From a virus, in the IMG/VR virus record IMGVR_UViG_3300035695_000001, positions 50,139 to 114,138 of that record: a DNA stretch of 64,000 bases, one strand, 5' to 3'. The translations under genes and the position numbers were made by a program. Shown here in pieces: positions 18,746 through 30,189 of this stretch. The notes beneath the pieces are model-generated. The model was not told where the DNA came from. It was given only the letters and a program-made list of their open reading frames with translations, and ran no database searches. Position 1 is the first letter of the stretch; the number at the start of each line of letters is the position of its first letter.

Positions 18746-19767
18746 CAGGTGTCGTCCTCCAGTGGCGCGGCGGGGAAGACCCGGTCGAGCACGTCGAGCG
18801 GCCCTCGCGGGTCACCGTCGTCCACCACGTTGATCCCAACCAGGAGGTCCCCTGGCTGCTCGTTCGGCGCAGGGGTCGGCAGGCCGATCTCCTCGTAGAC
18901 GGTCATGGACAGGGTCACGGCTGGGAAGCCTCGGAGTGCTGGCTGGTCAGACCCGGTCGCGCCAGGGATGGGCCCCACCAGCTCGAACTTGGACTGGCCG
19001 GCCATGATGCCGAGCCCGGCCAACTTGAGCAGGACGGCGATGCTCTGGTCCGCCTCGTGCTGTGGGTGGTGCCCGATGGAGAAGGCCCGCATGAGCGTCC
19101 CCTCGACCGAGGGGAAGAACCCGTAGCGGTCTTGCCAGGCGCCTGGAACGAGGATCTGGTTGGCCACGTACGCGACCTTCACCGTCGAGGTCCGGAGGTC
19201 TTGGACCGTGGACCAGTTCTCGACCTTGCCGCTCTCGCGCCAGACGAAGAGGGCGGGCAATTTCGGGATCCCGTCCTTCGCCTGCCCGAGGTAGCCGCAG
19301 ATGGCCGATCCGTCGGTCTGGTGGTTGGCGTTGAAGGTCGGATCCGACGCCTGCGGGGGCAGGGGCCCGGAGCCCACCAGCGACGTGGTCCCTCCGGTGC
19401 TGTAGAGCACGACGATTCTGGTGTCCGGCGCGTTGCCGATGGGCGCTGGCCCCACCAGCACGTACTGCCCGGCGGACACCGTCAGCCCCTGCGACCACGT
19501 CGCGTAGCCGGAGACCCCGGTGCCCTCCTGGAGACCCCTCACGAAGAAGGCGGAGGGGCGCTTGAAGGGGTCGTAGTAGTGGGTCGCGATGACGGCAACC
19601 GGGGCCATCCCGTTCCGGTTCTGGAACTTCGGGTTGAGGTCCGTGGCGAGCCAGACGTTGACGTAGGCCGCGATCCCCTCGACGACCAAGTCACCGAACG
19701 CCGAGTCCATCGCCCCCGGGGGGATGGGGTACTGCTGCGGGCCGATGTTGGAGGCGGGAGAGGGCAT
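18745..19767 (-). CDS. Putative tail terminator/neck protein
   Basis: Position upstream of the sheath; KLPALFVWR motif. Confidence 0.5.
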   Translation of the reverse strand: MPSPASNIGPQQYPIPPGAMDSAFGDLVVEGIAAYVNVWLATDLNPKFQNRNGMAPVAVIATHYYDPFKRPSAFFVRGLQEGTGVSGYATWSQGLTVSAGQYVLVGPAPIGNAPDTRIVVLYSTGGTTSLVGSGPLPPQASDPTFNANHQTDGSAICGYLGQAKDGIPKLPALFVWRESGKVENWSTVQDLRTSTVKVAYVANQILVPGAWQDRYGFFPSVEGTLMRAFSIGHHPQHEADQSIAVLLKLAGLGIMAGQSKFELVGPIPGATGSDQPALRGFPAVTLSMTVYEEIGLPTPAPNEQPGDLLVGINVVDDGDPRGPLDVLDRVFPAAPLEDDT

Positions 19768-19771
19768 CGAT

Positions 19772-20203
19772 CTACAGGCTCGCCGGCATGCCGAGCACGG
19801 GGACGCCGCGCCGGATCAGTTCCACCTGGAGGCTGAGCCACACCGTCCGCTCGCCCTTGGCCATGGTCTCCTGCGCGGGGGTCCTAGGCACCATCGCTGA
19901 CTCCAGCCGGTAGACGATGTCGCAGGGCTTGCCGGTCGGGTGGGCCTTCAGCCACTTGCGGATCGCCCGGCCAACGGCGACCCCCTCGATGACCGTCGGT
20001 CCAGGAACGTCCAGCCAGGTGGCCACCTCGGCAGACGCCTCGCTCCACTCCAGGACGCCGATGAGGCTGTCGGTGGCCTTCACCTCGGGCGCTCCGAGCC
20101 TGCGTGCGAGGCGCTGCGCGAGGGTCGACTTCCCCGAACGTGGGCCACCGACGACAGCAGCGCGAACGCGGGTCCTGGGCGGTGGAGGAGCGAGGAGGAG
20201 CAT
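19772..20203 (-). CDS. Small P-loop NTPase / nucleotide-kinase-like protein
   Basis: Walker A GGPRSGKST, then TD and VIEG segments. Confidence 0.8.
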   Translation of the reverse strand: MLLLAPPPPRTRVRAAVVGGPRSGKSTLAQRLARRLGAPEVKATDSLIGVLEWSEASAEVATWLDVPGPTVIEGVAVGRAIRKWLKAHPTGKPCDIVYRLESAMVPRTPAQETMAKGERTVWLSLQVELIRRGVPVLGMPASL

Positions 20204-20215
20204 TCCATCATTGGA

Positions 20216-20713
20216 TCAGAAGGGCACACGCCTGTCCACGGACACGAGGTCCAAGGTGTAGTGGAGCATCTTCTCGGTCTTCACCCCGCGAGGCCCGACG
20301 CAGTAAGCGCGTGGACCCTGTGGCCAGCCTAGAAGGTACAGGTACTCGAACCCTGGCGCCTCACTCGGTACGAGTTGCTCGACGGTGAACCCGCCGACCT
20401 GGGTCACCCCATCTTGGGCGAACCAGGCCGGCGTGATCCACTTGACAGTCACCGATGGGTCGCCGGCTGTCCCCTCGACGTGGGTGTTTTGGAGGACACC
20501 GTTGACGTCGTAGTGCCCGACCTGGAGGTCTGGGTAGGGAACCGGAACTCCAGTGTCGATCCGGTTCCCCCCGTCCGCTGCCGTCCAGAGCCATGACTTG
20601 AGCGTCACCGGCACCTGGTGGAGTCCCAGCACGCCGGGCACGTTCGCGCGGATCAGCGCCACGACTGGGCGCAGGATCTGCGGGAGGAGCCCGGTCGGCG
20701 GTCCCTGTGGCAT
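20216..20713 (-). CDS. Putative head-closure protein
   Basis: 165-aa beta-rich ORF in the head-tail joining position. Confidence 0.45.
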   Translation of the reverse strand: MPQGPPTGLLPQILRPVVALIRANVPGVLGLHQVPVTLKSWLWTAADGGNRIDTGVPVPYPDLQVGHYDVNGVLQNTHVEGTAGDPSVTVKWITPAWFAQDGVTQVGGFTVEQLVPSEAPGFEYLYLLGWPQGPRAYCVGPRGVKTEKMLHYTLDLVSVDRRVPF

Positions 20714-20723
20714 GGTCCTGTCG

Positions 20724-22808
<2,085 letters not shown>

Positions 22809-22838
22809 GGGTGGTCTCCAGAACGGAAGGGGGATGGT

Positions 22839-23234
22839 TCAGCCAGCCGTCTGGCGCAGGCCGGGAAAGGCCCCTGCCGACGGGTCGTACTTGGGCGCCG
22901 AGAACACGTCGTTGCGGACGGGCATGTTGAGGGCGTGCGAGAGCTGGGCGACGTACATCCGGCCCTCGATACAGCGACCGATGACGCCGCGTGGGACGTC
23001 GATCGCAGACTCGTCAGCGCTACCGACCTCGTGGACAGCGCGGAACGTCGCGATGCCGGCCATGATGGCATCGAGCGTGGTCAGGTAGCCGACGATCAGT
23101 GCCTCGGTCGCGCCTCCGTCGGGGAGATTGGCCAGCGCCTGGAACTGCCCTTCCAAGACCGGGTCGGTCTGGCTGTAGAGCAGCGAGTAGCCGAGGTAGC
23201 GCCGAATGGACGCCTTCTGCGCGAACGACAGCAT
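22839..23234 (-). CDS. Putative head-tail adaptor
   Basis: 131 aa starting MLSFAQKASIRRYLGY; downstream of the capsid gene. Confidence 0.6.
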   Translation of the reverse strand: MLSFAQKASIRRYLGYSLLYSQTDPVLEGQFQALANLPDGGATEALIVGYLTTLDAIMAGIATFRAVHEVGSADESAIDVPRGVIGRCIEGRMYVAQLSHALNMPVRNDVFSAPKYDPSAGAFPGLRQTAG

Positions 23235-23237
23235 CGG

Positions 23238-23399
23238 CTACTCCTCGGCGGGTTGTGGGGCCTTCTCCGGAGCCGTGAACTCGGGGCACTTGCAGCCGGC
23301 CACCGTGCAGCGGCCCGTCCGCATGGCGTGCTTGGCCTGCGTGTGCTTGCACCCGACCGGATGCCGGCACTTGGTTCGCGGGTGGACGACGGGGACCAC
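23238..23399 (-). CDS. Small Cys/His-rich putative metal-binding protein (start uncertain)
   Basis: CRHPVGCKHTQAKH...CTVAGCKCPEF fills the gap between two operon genes. Confidence 0.4.
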   Translation of the reverse strand: MVPVVHPRTKCRHPVGCKHTQAKHAMRTGRCTVAGCKCPEFTAPEKAPQPAEE

Positions 23400-23458
23400 C
23401 GACGGAGCCGCATGCTCATCGGCCCGCGCCGTGGTGGGCTGAGGCTCTGCCGGCTCGG

Positions 23459-24163
23459 TCAGCCGGCCTCGGCTTTTGGGGCCTCCGCCTCCGCCTTGGC
23501 CTTGACGAGCGCCGCTTCCAGTTCGCGGATGCGCCGCTCGGAGGCGTCCTTCTCGGCGTCCTTGGCGGCGACCTTGGCGGCGAGTTCCTTGGCCTCGGCG
23601 TCCTGCCTGTCCATGCGGGCCTGGATGGCGGCCAGAGCGTCGAGGCTCACCGGCTCGCCGACGACGCCGTGCCCCTTCAACTTGGCCTCGGCGACGCCCT
23701 GCTCGTGGGAGCGGACGAGCGAGAAGTGGACGTCGGGGGGGGGCGCCCCCATCTTGACCAGCAGCGGCGCGTGGCCGCCGATCACGATGCCCGTGCGGTC
23801 CGTCGTCTGGATGGCGCGGTCGTACTCGGAGGACAGCGCGACCGACTCCCCAGGCTTGATCTCGACGTGCTGCCACGCCGTCTTGGCTGGCCCAGGCCCC
23901 TTGAAGAGCTTGAACTTGACGGTCTGGTCGGTCGTGTTCTTCCAGACGGTCGTGCCCACGGCGGTCACGCCACCGGACACGCGGAGTTGCTCGTTGCTGG
24001 CCCGGAGGCGGTCGTTCTCGGCCCGAAGCCGTTGCAGTTCGTCGGTGTACTCGGACATGGTCGTACCTGGTTCTGGGAGAAAGGTGGCCGCGTCGACCGC
24101 AGCGAGGCTGGCTCGCGCCGCCTCGCCCATGGCCTCCGCGATCTTGAGCAGTTCAGGGCGCAC
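23459..24163 (-). CDS. Hypothetical capsid-associated protein
   Basis: Directly after the MCP; coiled-coil termini. The start may be at MSEYTD. Confidence 0.6.
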   Translation of the reverse strand: MRPELLKIAEAMGEAARASLAAVDAATFLPEPGTTMSEYTDELQRLRAENDRLRASNEQLRVSGGVTAVGTTVWKNTTDQTVKFKLFKGPGPAKTAWQHVEIKPGESVALSSEYDRAIQTTDRTGIVIGGHAPLLVKMGAPPPDVHFSLVRSHEQGVAEAKLKGHGVVGEPVSLDALAAIQARMDRQDAEAKELAAKVAAKDAEKDASERRIRELEAALVKAKAEAEAPKAEAG

Positions 24164-24169
24164 GCGACA

Positions 24170-25234
24170 TCACGAGGGGGAGATGTCGGCGATGTACCCG
24201 TTGGCGTTGGGGTGCTCGACGCGAAGCTGGACGCGGACCCACACGTTGATGGGGTACGAATCGCCGTTCTTCGGGAGCACCTCGACGCGGAGTTGGAGGT
24301 TGACGGGCTGCTGGGTGTCGCCCGGCCCGAGGCCGGTGCCGCCGAACGCGGTCATGTCCTCGCCGAGCGTCTCGAACATCTCGGGGATGGCGCGGGGCAG
24401 GGCCTGAAGCTCGATCGTGTCGTTGTTGAGCATGATGAGCTTGTCGGCCGGGCAGGAGATGTCCGGCTCCAGCGGGATGTTGTTCCAGAAGAGCTTCTGG
24501 GTGCCGGCGCCGAACTGCTGCGGCATCTCGCCCGCGGTCTGCACGCGCTGGATCGGCGTGAAGAGGCTCTGGTACTTGGAGTGGACGGCGTACGAGCAGA
24601 GGATCCGGGTGGGCTCGCGGCCGGAGTTGGTCAGGATCTGCTGGTAGAGGGCCTGGAGCAGCGCCAGCGTGAGGGGGCGCGGGGTGCCGCCGTTGCTGAG
24701 CACGTTGCCGGCCCAGCCGGGGTAGGTGGAGCGGGAGATCCCGGCGTAGCTGCCGGACAGTTCCAGCGCGCCACCGAGCACACCGATCAGGTTCTGGTTG
24801 CCGTTCCCGTCGGTGCCGGTGCCGGTGTAGAAGTCGTCGTTGATGAGCTTGATCAGCCGGGAGATGGCGCCGCCGATCTTGGCGTCGAAGAGCCGCATCA
24901 GGATGTCGGGAGACCCGGGGCTCGTGGCCGCGGCGTCGACCGCGAGTCCCTCGATCTTGGTCGGGGCGCGGTAGTTGGCCCAGGCCAGGGTCGCCGGCAC
25001 GTCGGGGTCGTAGGTGAACTCCGAGGAGCTCACGTCCGAACCCGGCGCGAACGCGGCGGCCGGGGTCTCGGTGGTGGGGAACTCCGCGTCCCACGGCACG
25101 TTCTTGCCAGCCCCATCCACGATCTTGACGCCTTGGAGGGCGACGACCTTGCGGTTCCACTGGAACGCGAGGACACGGTTGAAGAGCTGGCTGAGCGCCG
25201 GGCTCAGAACGGACAGGGTGTCGATGTTGGACAT
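24170..25234 (-). CDS. Major capsid protein (HK97 fold)
   Basis: 354 aa after the scaffold; DFYTGTG...IGVL...YAGISRSTYPGW...LTLALL...G...LFWNNIPLEPD...P...LRVEHPNANGYIADI. Confidence 0.9.
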   Translation of the reverse strand: MSNIDTLSVLSPALSQLFNRVLAFQWNRKVVALQGVKIVDGAGKNVPWDAEFPTTETPAAAFAPGSDVSSSEFTYDPDVPATLAWANYRAPTKIEGLAVDAAATSPGSPDILMRLFDAKIGGAISRLIKLINDDFYTGTGTDGNGNQNLIGVLGGALELSGSYAGISRSTYPGWAGNVLSNGGTPRPLTLALLQALYQQILTNSGREPTRILCSYAVHSKYQSLFTPIQRVQTAGEMPQQFGAGTQKLFWNNIPLEPDISCPADKLIMLNNDTIELQALPRAIPEMFETLGEDMTAFGGTGLGPGDTQQPVNLQLRVEVLPKNGDSYPINVWVRVQLRVEHPNANGYIADISPS

Positions 25235-25283
25235 GGGGATGGGGTCTCCGGTTGTTGCTCAGCCGGCAGGAACGCCCTGCGAC

Positions 25284-26183
25284 TCAGCCGATGAGGGTCT
25301 TGACGAGGCCGGCTTTGACCGCCTCGCGCATCTTGTCTTCGGGCTTGGTGGGCTGCGGCGGCGCACGCCGCCCACGGATGGGGCTCCCACCGCTGCCACC
25401 TGGATCGATGGGCGGGAGGATCGCCTCGGCCTCCGGCGTCTTCGCCCACTTTTTGAGGCCCTTATCGATGGGCTGCTCCTCGCCGTCGTCGTCGATGTAG
25501 ACGAGCTTGGAGCCCTTGCCGCCGTCGTCGTAGGCGATGCGCCCGTCGGTCTTGAGCACCGTCCACGCCAGCTTGACGCGCACCGGGTCCTTGACGCCGA
25601 TGTGCTCGGAGATGGCGTCCTTGGCCCTCGTGACGAGTGCCTCGGACCGGCGCTCGGTTTCCGCCTGCTCGCGGGCCTTGCGCTCTTCGGAGGCGATCTT
25701 GGCGGCCTCCTTGGTGGCCTTCTTCTGCTCCTCCAGGGCCTTCTTCTGCTCCTCCAGCAGCGCCTGCCCCTTGGCCTGCTCCTCGCGCAGGGCGAGGAAC
25801 TCGGGGTGCTTGCTGAGGTCCACCGGGGCGAGGGGCTGCTCCCCATCCTTGGGCTTCGCGGCCGTCCCGGCGAGCGCCGCGATGCGATCGTCCATGGACT
25901 TGGTGACCTTGGTCAGGCGCTCGTCGAGAGCCTTGGTGAACCTCTCGGCGAGCGTCTCCCCGTGGGTCGCCAGTTCCTGCTCGCGCTCGGTCTTGTACTG
26001 GGCAGCGCGCTCGGCCCGCTTCGCCTCCGCCTCCTTCTCCCGCTTGGTGAAGGCGGCATGTGCCGCCTGGTTGGCAGCCGCGGTCGCCTTTTCCTCCGCC
26101 GTCTTGGCGGCGAGCGCCGTGACCTCGTCCGCGGAGAGGGTCTTGTTCTGGTTCTGCCCCGGAGGGGTGATCGGATCGGCCAT
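25284..26183 (-). CDS. Capsid scaffolding protein
   Basis: Start re-called at MADPITP. Charged coiled coil ending GLKKWAKTPEAEAILPPIDPGGSG; immediately upstream of the MCP. Confidence 0.8.
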   Translation of the reverse strand: MADPITPPGQNQNKTLSADEVTALAAKTAEEKATAAANQAAHAAFTKREKEAEAKRAERAAQYKTEREQELATHGETLAERFTKALDERLTKVTKSMDDRIAALAGTAAKPKDGEQPLAPVDLSKHPEFLALREEQAKGQALLEEQKKALEEQKKATKEAAKIASEERKAREQAETERRSEALVTRAKDAISEHIGVKDPVRVKLAWTVLKTDGRIAYDDGGKGSKLVYIDDDGEEQPIDKGLKKWAKTPEAEAILPPIDPGGSGGSPIRGRRAPPQPTKPEDKMREAVKAGLVKTLIG

Positions 26184-26389
26184 GGGTCTCCGTTCCAGCG
26201 TTGGCTCGCGCTGGCTCGTAAATCGGTCTGGTTCGGCAGCAGAGCGCGGTACCGACACCCGCGCGTGCTGTGCGGCTTCAGGGCGCCGCAGCCCAACCCG
26301 GCGAGGTCCGGGAGCCCATCGGTGGTGCTGCTACTGCGATGCGTGGTCAGGCACCGACAAGCCTGGCCATGCGGTCCGGCCGAAGCCGG

Positions 26390-26938
26390 TCAGCTCTTGC
26401 TCTTGGTGGTGCCGCCCATGTTCTTGTAGACCACCATGACGGCGCCATACGGCGCGGAGTAGCGATCCCAGTAAGGCATCACCGCCTCCTTGGCCTTCTC
26501 CCATGTGCTCTCGTCCTCGATGAACGACGGCGGGTTGTCTGGGCGCTCTGGGTTCGACGGATCCTTCTCGACCCAGGCCCGTTCCTCGTCCGAGAGCCCG
26601 GCCATCAGGTCGGCGTCTTCGAGCCGACTCGCACCGCTCACTTGCTGGGCGTGCATGTCGTACCAGGGGTCCCCAGGCTGGAACGTGGGCACGTAGCCGA
26701 CGTAGGCAACGGGGTCCTGGCCGACCTGCTCGTAGGCCAGGAAGCGGTGGTGCCCGTCGGGGATGTGGTGGACGCCGTCGGGGGTCTCGACGAGCACCAT
26801 CGGTTGGAGTTTGCCGCCAGCCTGGAGCGTGGCGACGAAGTGTGCGACGCGGTCGGGCTCCTTGGTCGCCGTCCACGTCTCGCGGTCACGGGTGTCTACC
26901 GTGTGGATCGGTACGATCTTGGGGCCACACCATTCCAT
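26390..26938 (-). CDS. ParB/Srx-like nuclease-domain protein
   Basis: RVAHFVATLQAGGKLQPMVLV...IPDGHHRFLAY is the ParB-N signature. Confidence 0.8.
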   Translation of the reverse strand: MEWCGPKIVPIHTVDTRDRETWTATKEPDRVAHFVATLQAGGKLQPMVLVETPDGVHHIPDGHHRFLAYEQVGQDPVAYVGYVPTFQPGDPWYDMHAQQVSGASRLEDADLMAGLSDEERAWVEKDPSNPERPDNPPSFIEDESTWEKAKEAVMPYWDRYSAPYGAVMVVYKNMGGTTKSKS

Positions 26939-26941
26939 GGG

Positions 26942-27577
26942 TCAGCCCTTCACCTTCACGCCCGTCGCCCGGCCCGCGAACGGAGCGCCGCCAGTGGCGC
27001 GCTTCACGATCCGGTCGTCCAGTTCATCGTCGTCGTACTCGCCACGCATGTGCCTGTTCATGTCTGGCGACCCGAACCGCCACGCATCGACCGGCGTGTA
27101 GTGCATGGCCTCGTTCTCTGGATGCGCTGGTCGTGCATCGGCAGGGAGGTGGTCGACCTTCTCCACCTTGATCGCGCGGAACGGGTCGTGCGCCACCATC
27201 GACATCAGCCGACCCATCTCTGCTCGCTGCGCTGCGTCTCCGCCAGCGGCAGCGTGGTGGTCGAACTCGAACTGGATCGCAGTAAGATCGACTTTGAATA
27301 CACCGTCCGCCGTCTGCACGTAGTTGAGGAAGTGGCCAGGCACCGACCCGACGTAGGCGTCAAACCCGTTCGCCTTCGCGACCGTGGCGAAAGCATCTGA
27401 TGTCGCGCCGCACTGGCGCACTGACTTCGTCAGCAGGATGTGCTTGTGGACGAAGTAGGGGACCTCTTTGTTGAGGAATGAATCCAGATCCGCAGAGGAC
27501 TTCTGGTCCCCGCCGCCTTCGCTTCCACCGCTTGTCCACTGTCCGTTGGCGGCGCGCGCCTGCTCCTGGCTGCCCAT
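26942..27577 (-). CDS. Papain/transglutaminase-like Cys-His-Asp enzyme with N-terminal RxxxGxW motif
   Basis: QCGATS...PGHFLN...VDLTAIQF gives a C-H-D order; N-terminus QARAANGQWTSGG. Confidence 0.65.
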   Translation of the reverse strand: MGSQEQARAANGQWTSGGSEGGGDQKSSADLDSFLNKEVPYFVHKHILLTKSVRQCGATSDAFATVAKANGFDAYVGSVPGHFLNYVQTADGVFKVDLTAIQFEFDHHAAAGGDAAQRAEMGRLMSMVAHDPFRAIKVEKVDHLPADARPAHPENEAMHYTPVDAWRFGSPDMNRHMRGEYDDDELDDRIVKRATGGAPFAGRATGVKVKG

Positions 27578-27579
27578 GG

Positions 27580-28260
27580 TCAGACCCGCAGCACGCCGTC
27601 AGCGCCACGCTGGATCTCGGAGCCGTCGGTCACGAACCTGGAGGCTCGACCAGCCTCCGGTGCCGGCGCGGCCTTGCCCATCGGGTCGGAGCGCACCCAG
27701 GCGATGGCCTCTGGCGGGAAGTCTTCGGCGAGTTGCTCGTAGACGTCCTCTTGCGCTTGCTCCGATGTGGGCAAGCCTGCGTCGACCTTCCACGACCACT
27801 TGAGCACCGCGCTCTGGATCGTCATGACGTCGTTGGCCGCCGCCTGCATCCCGAGCGCGAGCAGATCCTTGATGGCCTGCTCCGCCAGCGCGAGCCAGGC
27901 CGACGAGCGGTTGACCACCAGCGCCCCGAGCACGCAGCCCTCGACGACCCCGCTTGGCCACGGGCGGAGCCTGGTGCTGGCCGCCAGTTCCTCGACGGAG
28001 CCAGACGACTGGCCGCCCAGTTGCTCGACCAACTCGGCAAGGGTGTCCGCGTATCCGTCGAGCGCCTCGGCGTAGTCCCCGATCAGCCGGTGCAGCGCCA
28101 CCGCCTCGCACCCGCGAACACGGTGGTGTCCCGCATAGATCCCGGCCCTGAGCACCTGTACGTCGATGCTCAGCCCGTCCAGGATGGCGACCGCGCTCCG
28201 TCGCACGTCGTCGTCGAAGTGCCGCATCGGGGAGCGGCGGAGGATGGGCGGTTGGGCCAT
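27580..28260 (-). CDS. Dps/ferritin-like protein with C-terminal extension
   Basis: GHHRVRGCEAVALHRLIGDYAEALDGYADTLAELVEQLGG aligns by eye with the Dps HWNVxG...LH...D...AER...LGG signature. Confidence 0.8.
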   Translation of the reverse strand: MAQPPILRRSPMRHFDDDVRRSAVAILDGLSIDVQVLRAGIYAGHHRVRGCEAVALHRLIGDYAEALDGYADTLAELVEQLGGQSSGSVEELAASTRLRPWPSGVVEGCVLGALVVNRSSAWLALAEQAIKDLLALGMQAAANDVMTIQSAVLKWSWKVDAGLPTSEQAQEDVYEQLAEDFPPEAIAWVRSDPMGKAAPAPEAGRASRFVTDGSEIQRGADGVLRV

Positions 28261-28263
28261 GAG

Positions 28264-30189
28264 TCAGGGTCCGGCTGGCGTGGGTGCGCCTGGGCGCGGC
28301 GGTGGAGTCTTGGCCGGTGGCGGCTGAGCCTTGCCAGCGGGCACGGCCGGCTTGCCTGGTTGGGCAGTGGGCCCCTTGCTCGGCGCGGCGGGAGCCTTGG
28401 CTGCCGCCTTCGCCTTGGCGGTCTGAGCCAGCGCCGCGGGGGACGGAGGAGGGGGGCGCCTGGGAGGGGTCGGACCCACGGGCCGCTGTGCCGCAGTTGG
28501 AGCGACCTTCGCCGCACCGGGGGACGGAAGCCCCTGCTGCTGGGCCAGCGCCGCAGCCTGAGCAGCGGCGTCTGCCTTCGCCTGCTCTGCGTCAGCGGCG
28601 GCCTGTTCCAGGTGGGCCTTCAGTTCCCCGATGATCGTGGTCATCGTCTGCTGCGAGACGCCTGGGAGCCACTTGCGGAACCACCACGACCAGTATTCGG
28701 CCTTGGCTGTCCCGCTGGGGAGATCCATCGGAGAGCCAGGACCGGCACCGAGGATCTGGACGGCCTCGCCGAGGAGCGCGGCACGGTCCTCGTCTGGGTC
28801 GAACTGGTCCAGACCGTGGACCGCCCACTTGACGTTCTCGCCGCGGGCGTCGGAGATGATCTCGTAGACCCTGCGCGCAGCGTCCCGAAGGATGGCGGCC
28901 AGGGCCTTGAGCACCACGCAGAAGTCGTTGTTGTCGGCTGACTTGCTCTCCCCAGACCGGCCCAGCGCGGTGGACGTGTTGGAGATCGACGCGGCCATCT
29001 TGCCGGTGACCCGGAAGATTTCGTCCGTCAGGTCTTGGAGTTGGGTGGCGACGATCTGGAACGGGGCGGTATCCGGCCCCTCGAAGGCGAGTTTGTCGCC
29101 CTGGGCCAGGACCACGAACCCCTTCGACTCGTACTGCTTCTTTGGGTCATCGCCGCGGGACTGCTGCTGGGCGACGTCGGCTGGGAGCGGGCCGTGGAAG
29201 GCCCCGGTCTGCGGGCCCAGATAGACCACCGGGATCGTGATCAGGCTGCGCTGCTGGGCGGCGAGGAGTTCGGACCGGCGCCGCCACAGTTCCAGGCAGA
29301 GGAGGCCGGCGAGGTTCCCCAGCCAGAGAGTGTCCGGCAGTTCGATCTCGACGATGGGGATCTCACGGAACGTCGTCGGGCCGGACTGCTCGGCGATCTC
29401 GACCTCGACTTCCGGCTGTGGCTTCTTCCCCTTGACGATGGGGACGTTGTACGTCGTCCAGGTGACCTGGCCGTTCTCGTCGAGGTTCCAAACCTTGTAG
29501 ACCTCGACTGGGTTGTCGACGGGGTCCTCTGGGGTGGCCCGGCGGGTCTCGATCTTCCTGGTGATGCACCAGGAGAAGCGACCGACCGTGAAGCGAGCGG
29601 TGCCACCACCGTCCAGCGGAACCGCTTGCCGGACCTGGTCGTGGTACTCCCACCAGAGCATCTCCTCCGGTGGCATCTCGTACACGTACGGCTGCCCGAG
29701 CCCAGCCGACTTGGAGTCCGCCCGGTTCTTCGGGGCCGGGCCAGTGTTGGCCGGGAAGTCTACCGCGATCAGCGCCCGCTTCTTGACCAGCGCGGTACGC
29801 AGCGTGTCCTGGAGCACGCCCACGAAACTGGTCCCGCGAAGGTCGGCGTCGTCGGAGAGCGCCTCGTACACCTCTGGCTCGGGGACTTCCCCTGGGGTGT
29901 TGGGGTCGTCAGCGTCTCCCGCCGGGGTGACGGAGACCGGCCCAGAGAACATCGCCGAGGCGTACTGGTTGACGATCTGGCCAAGGTAGCCGACGTAGCC
30001 CGCCAGATCCTTCCGCGCCTTGTAGCGTTCTGGACTCTCGCCTGGCGCTTTCTTCAGGTACTTGTCGACGTTCTCCTGGATCTGGATGCCGCCGCAGTAG
30101 AGGTCGTCCAGCGTCTCCCACCAGGCAGCATCGTAGCCGCGACAACCGTCGGACTTGCCGCGCTTGGCAGAGAGGAGGCCGTACTTCAC
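28264..30189 (-). CDS. Portal protein
   Basis: WWETLDDLYCGG...YLKKAPGESPERYKARKDLAGY, DDADLRGTSF, FREIPIV, SGESKSAD; Pro/Ala/Lys-rich tail. Confidence 0.9.
   Translation of the reverse strand: MKYGLLSAKRGKSDGCRGYDAAWWETLDDLYCGGIQIQENVDKYLKKAPGESPERYKARKDLAGYVGYLGQIVNQYASAMFSGPVSVTPAGDADDPNTPGEVPEPEVYEALSDDADLRGTSFVGVLQDTLRTALVKKRALIAVDFPANTGPAPKNRADSKSAGLGQPYVYEMPPEEMLWWEYHDQVRQAVPLDGGGTARFTVGRFSWCITRKIETRRATPEDPVDNPVEVYKVWNLDENGQVTWTTYNVPIVKGKKPQPEVEVEIAEQSGPTTFREIPIVEIELPDTLWLGNLAGLLCLELWRRRSELLAAQQRSLITIPVVYLGPQTGAFHGPLPADVAQQQSRGDDPKKQYESKGFVVLAQGDKLAFEGPDTAPFQIVATQLQDLTDEIFRVTGKMAASISNTSTALGRSGESKSADNNDFCVVLKALAAILRDAARRVYEIISDARGENVKWAVHGLDQFDPDEDRAALLGEAVQILGAGPGSPMDLPSGTAKAEYWSWWFRKWLPGVSQQTMTTIIGELKAHLEQAAADAEQAKADAAAQAAALAQQQGLPSPGAAKVAPTAAQRPVGPTPPRRPPPPSPAALAQTAKAKAAAKAPAAPSKGPTAQPGKPAVPAGKAQPPPAKTPPPRPGAPTPAGP

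Noticed and set aside
26939-27681. Group I/II intron or IS as the identity of the insert
   Set aside because: No recognisable intron core, maturase, transposase or terminal inverted repeats. TGACCCATG-like junctions also occur at ordinary gene boundaries (14850, 38655), so the flanking similarity alone is weak.
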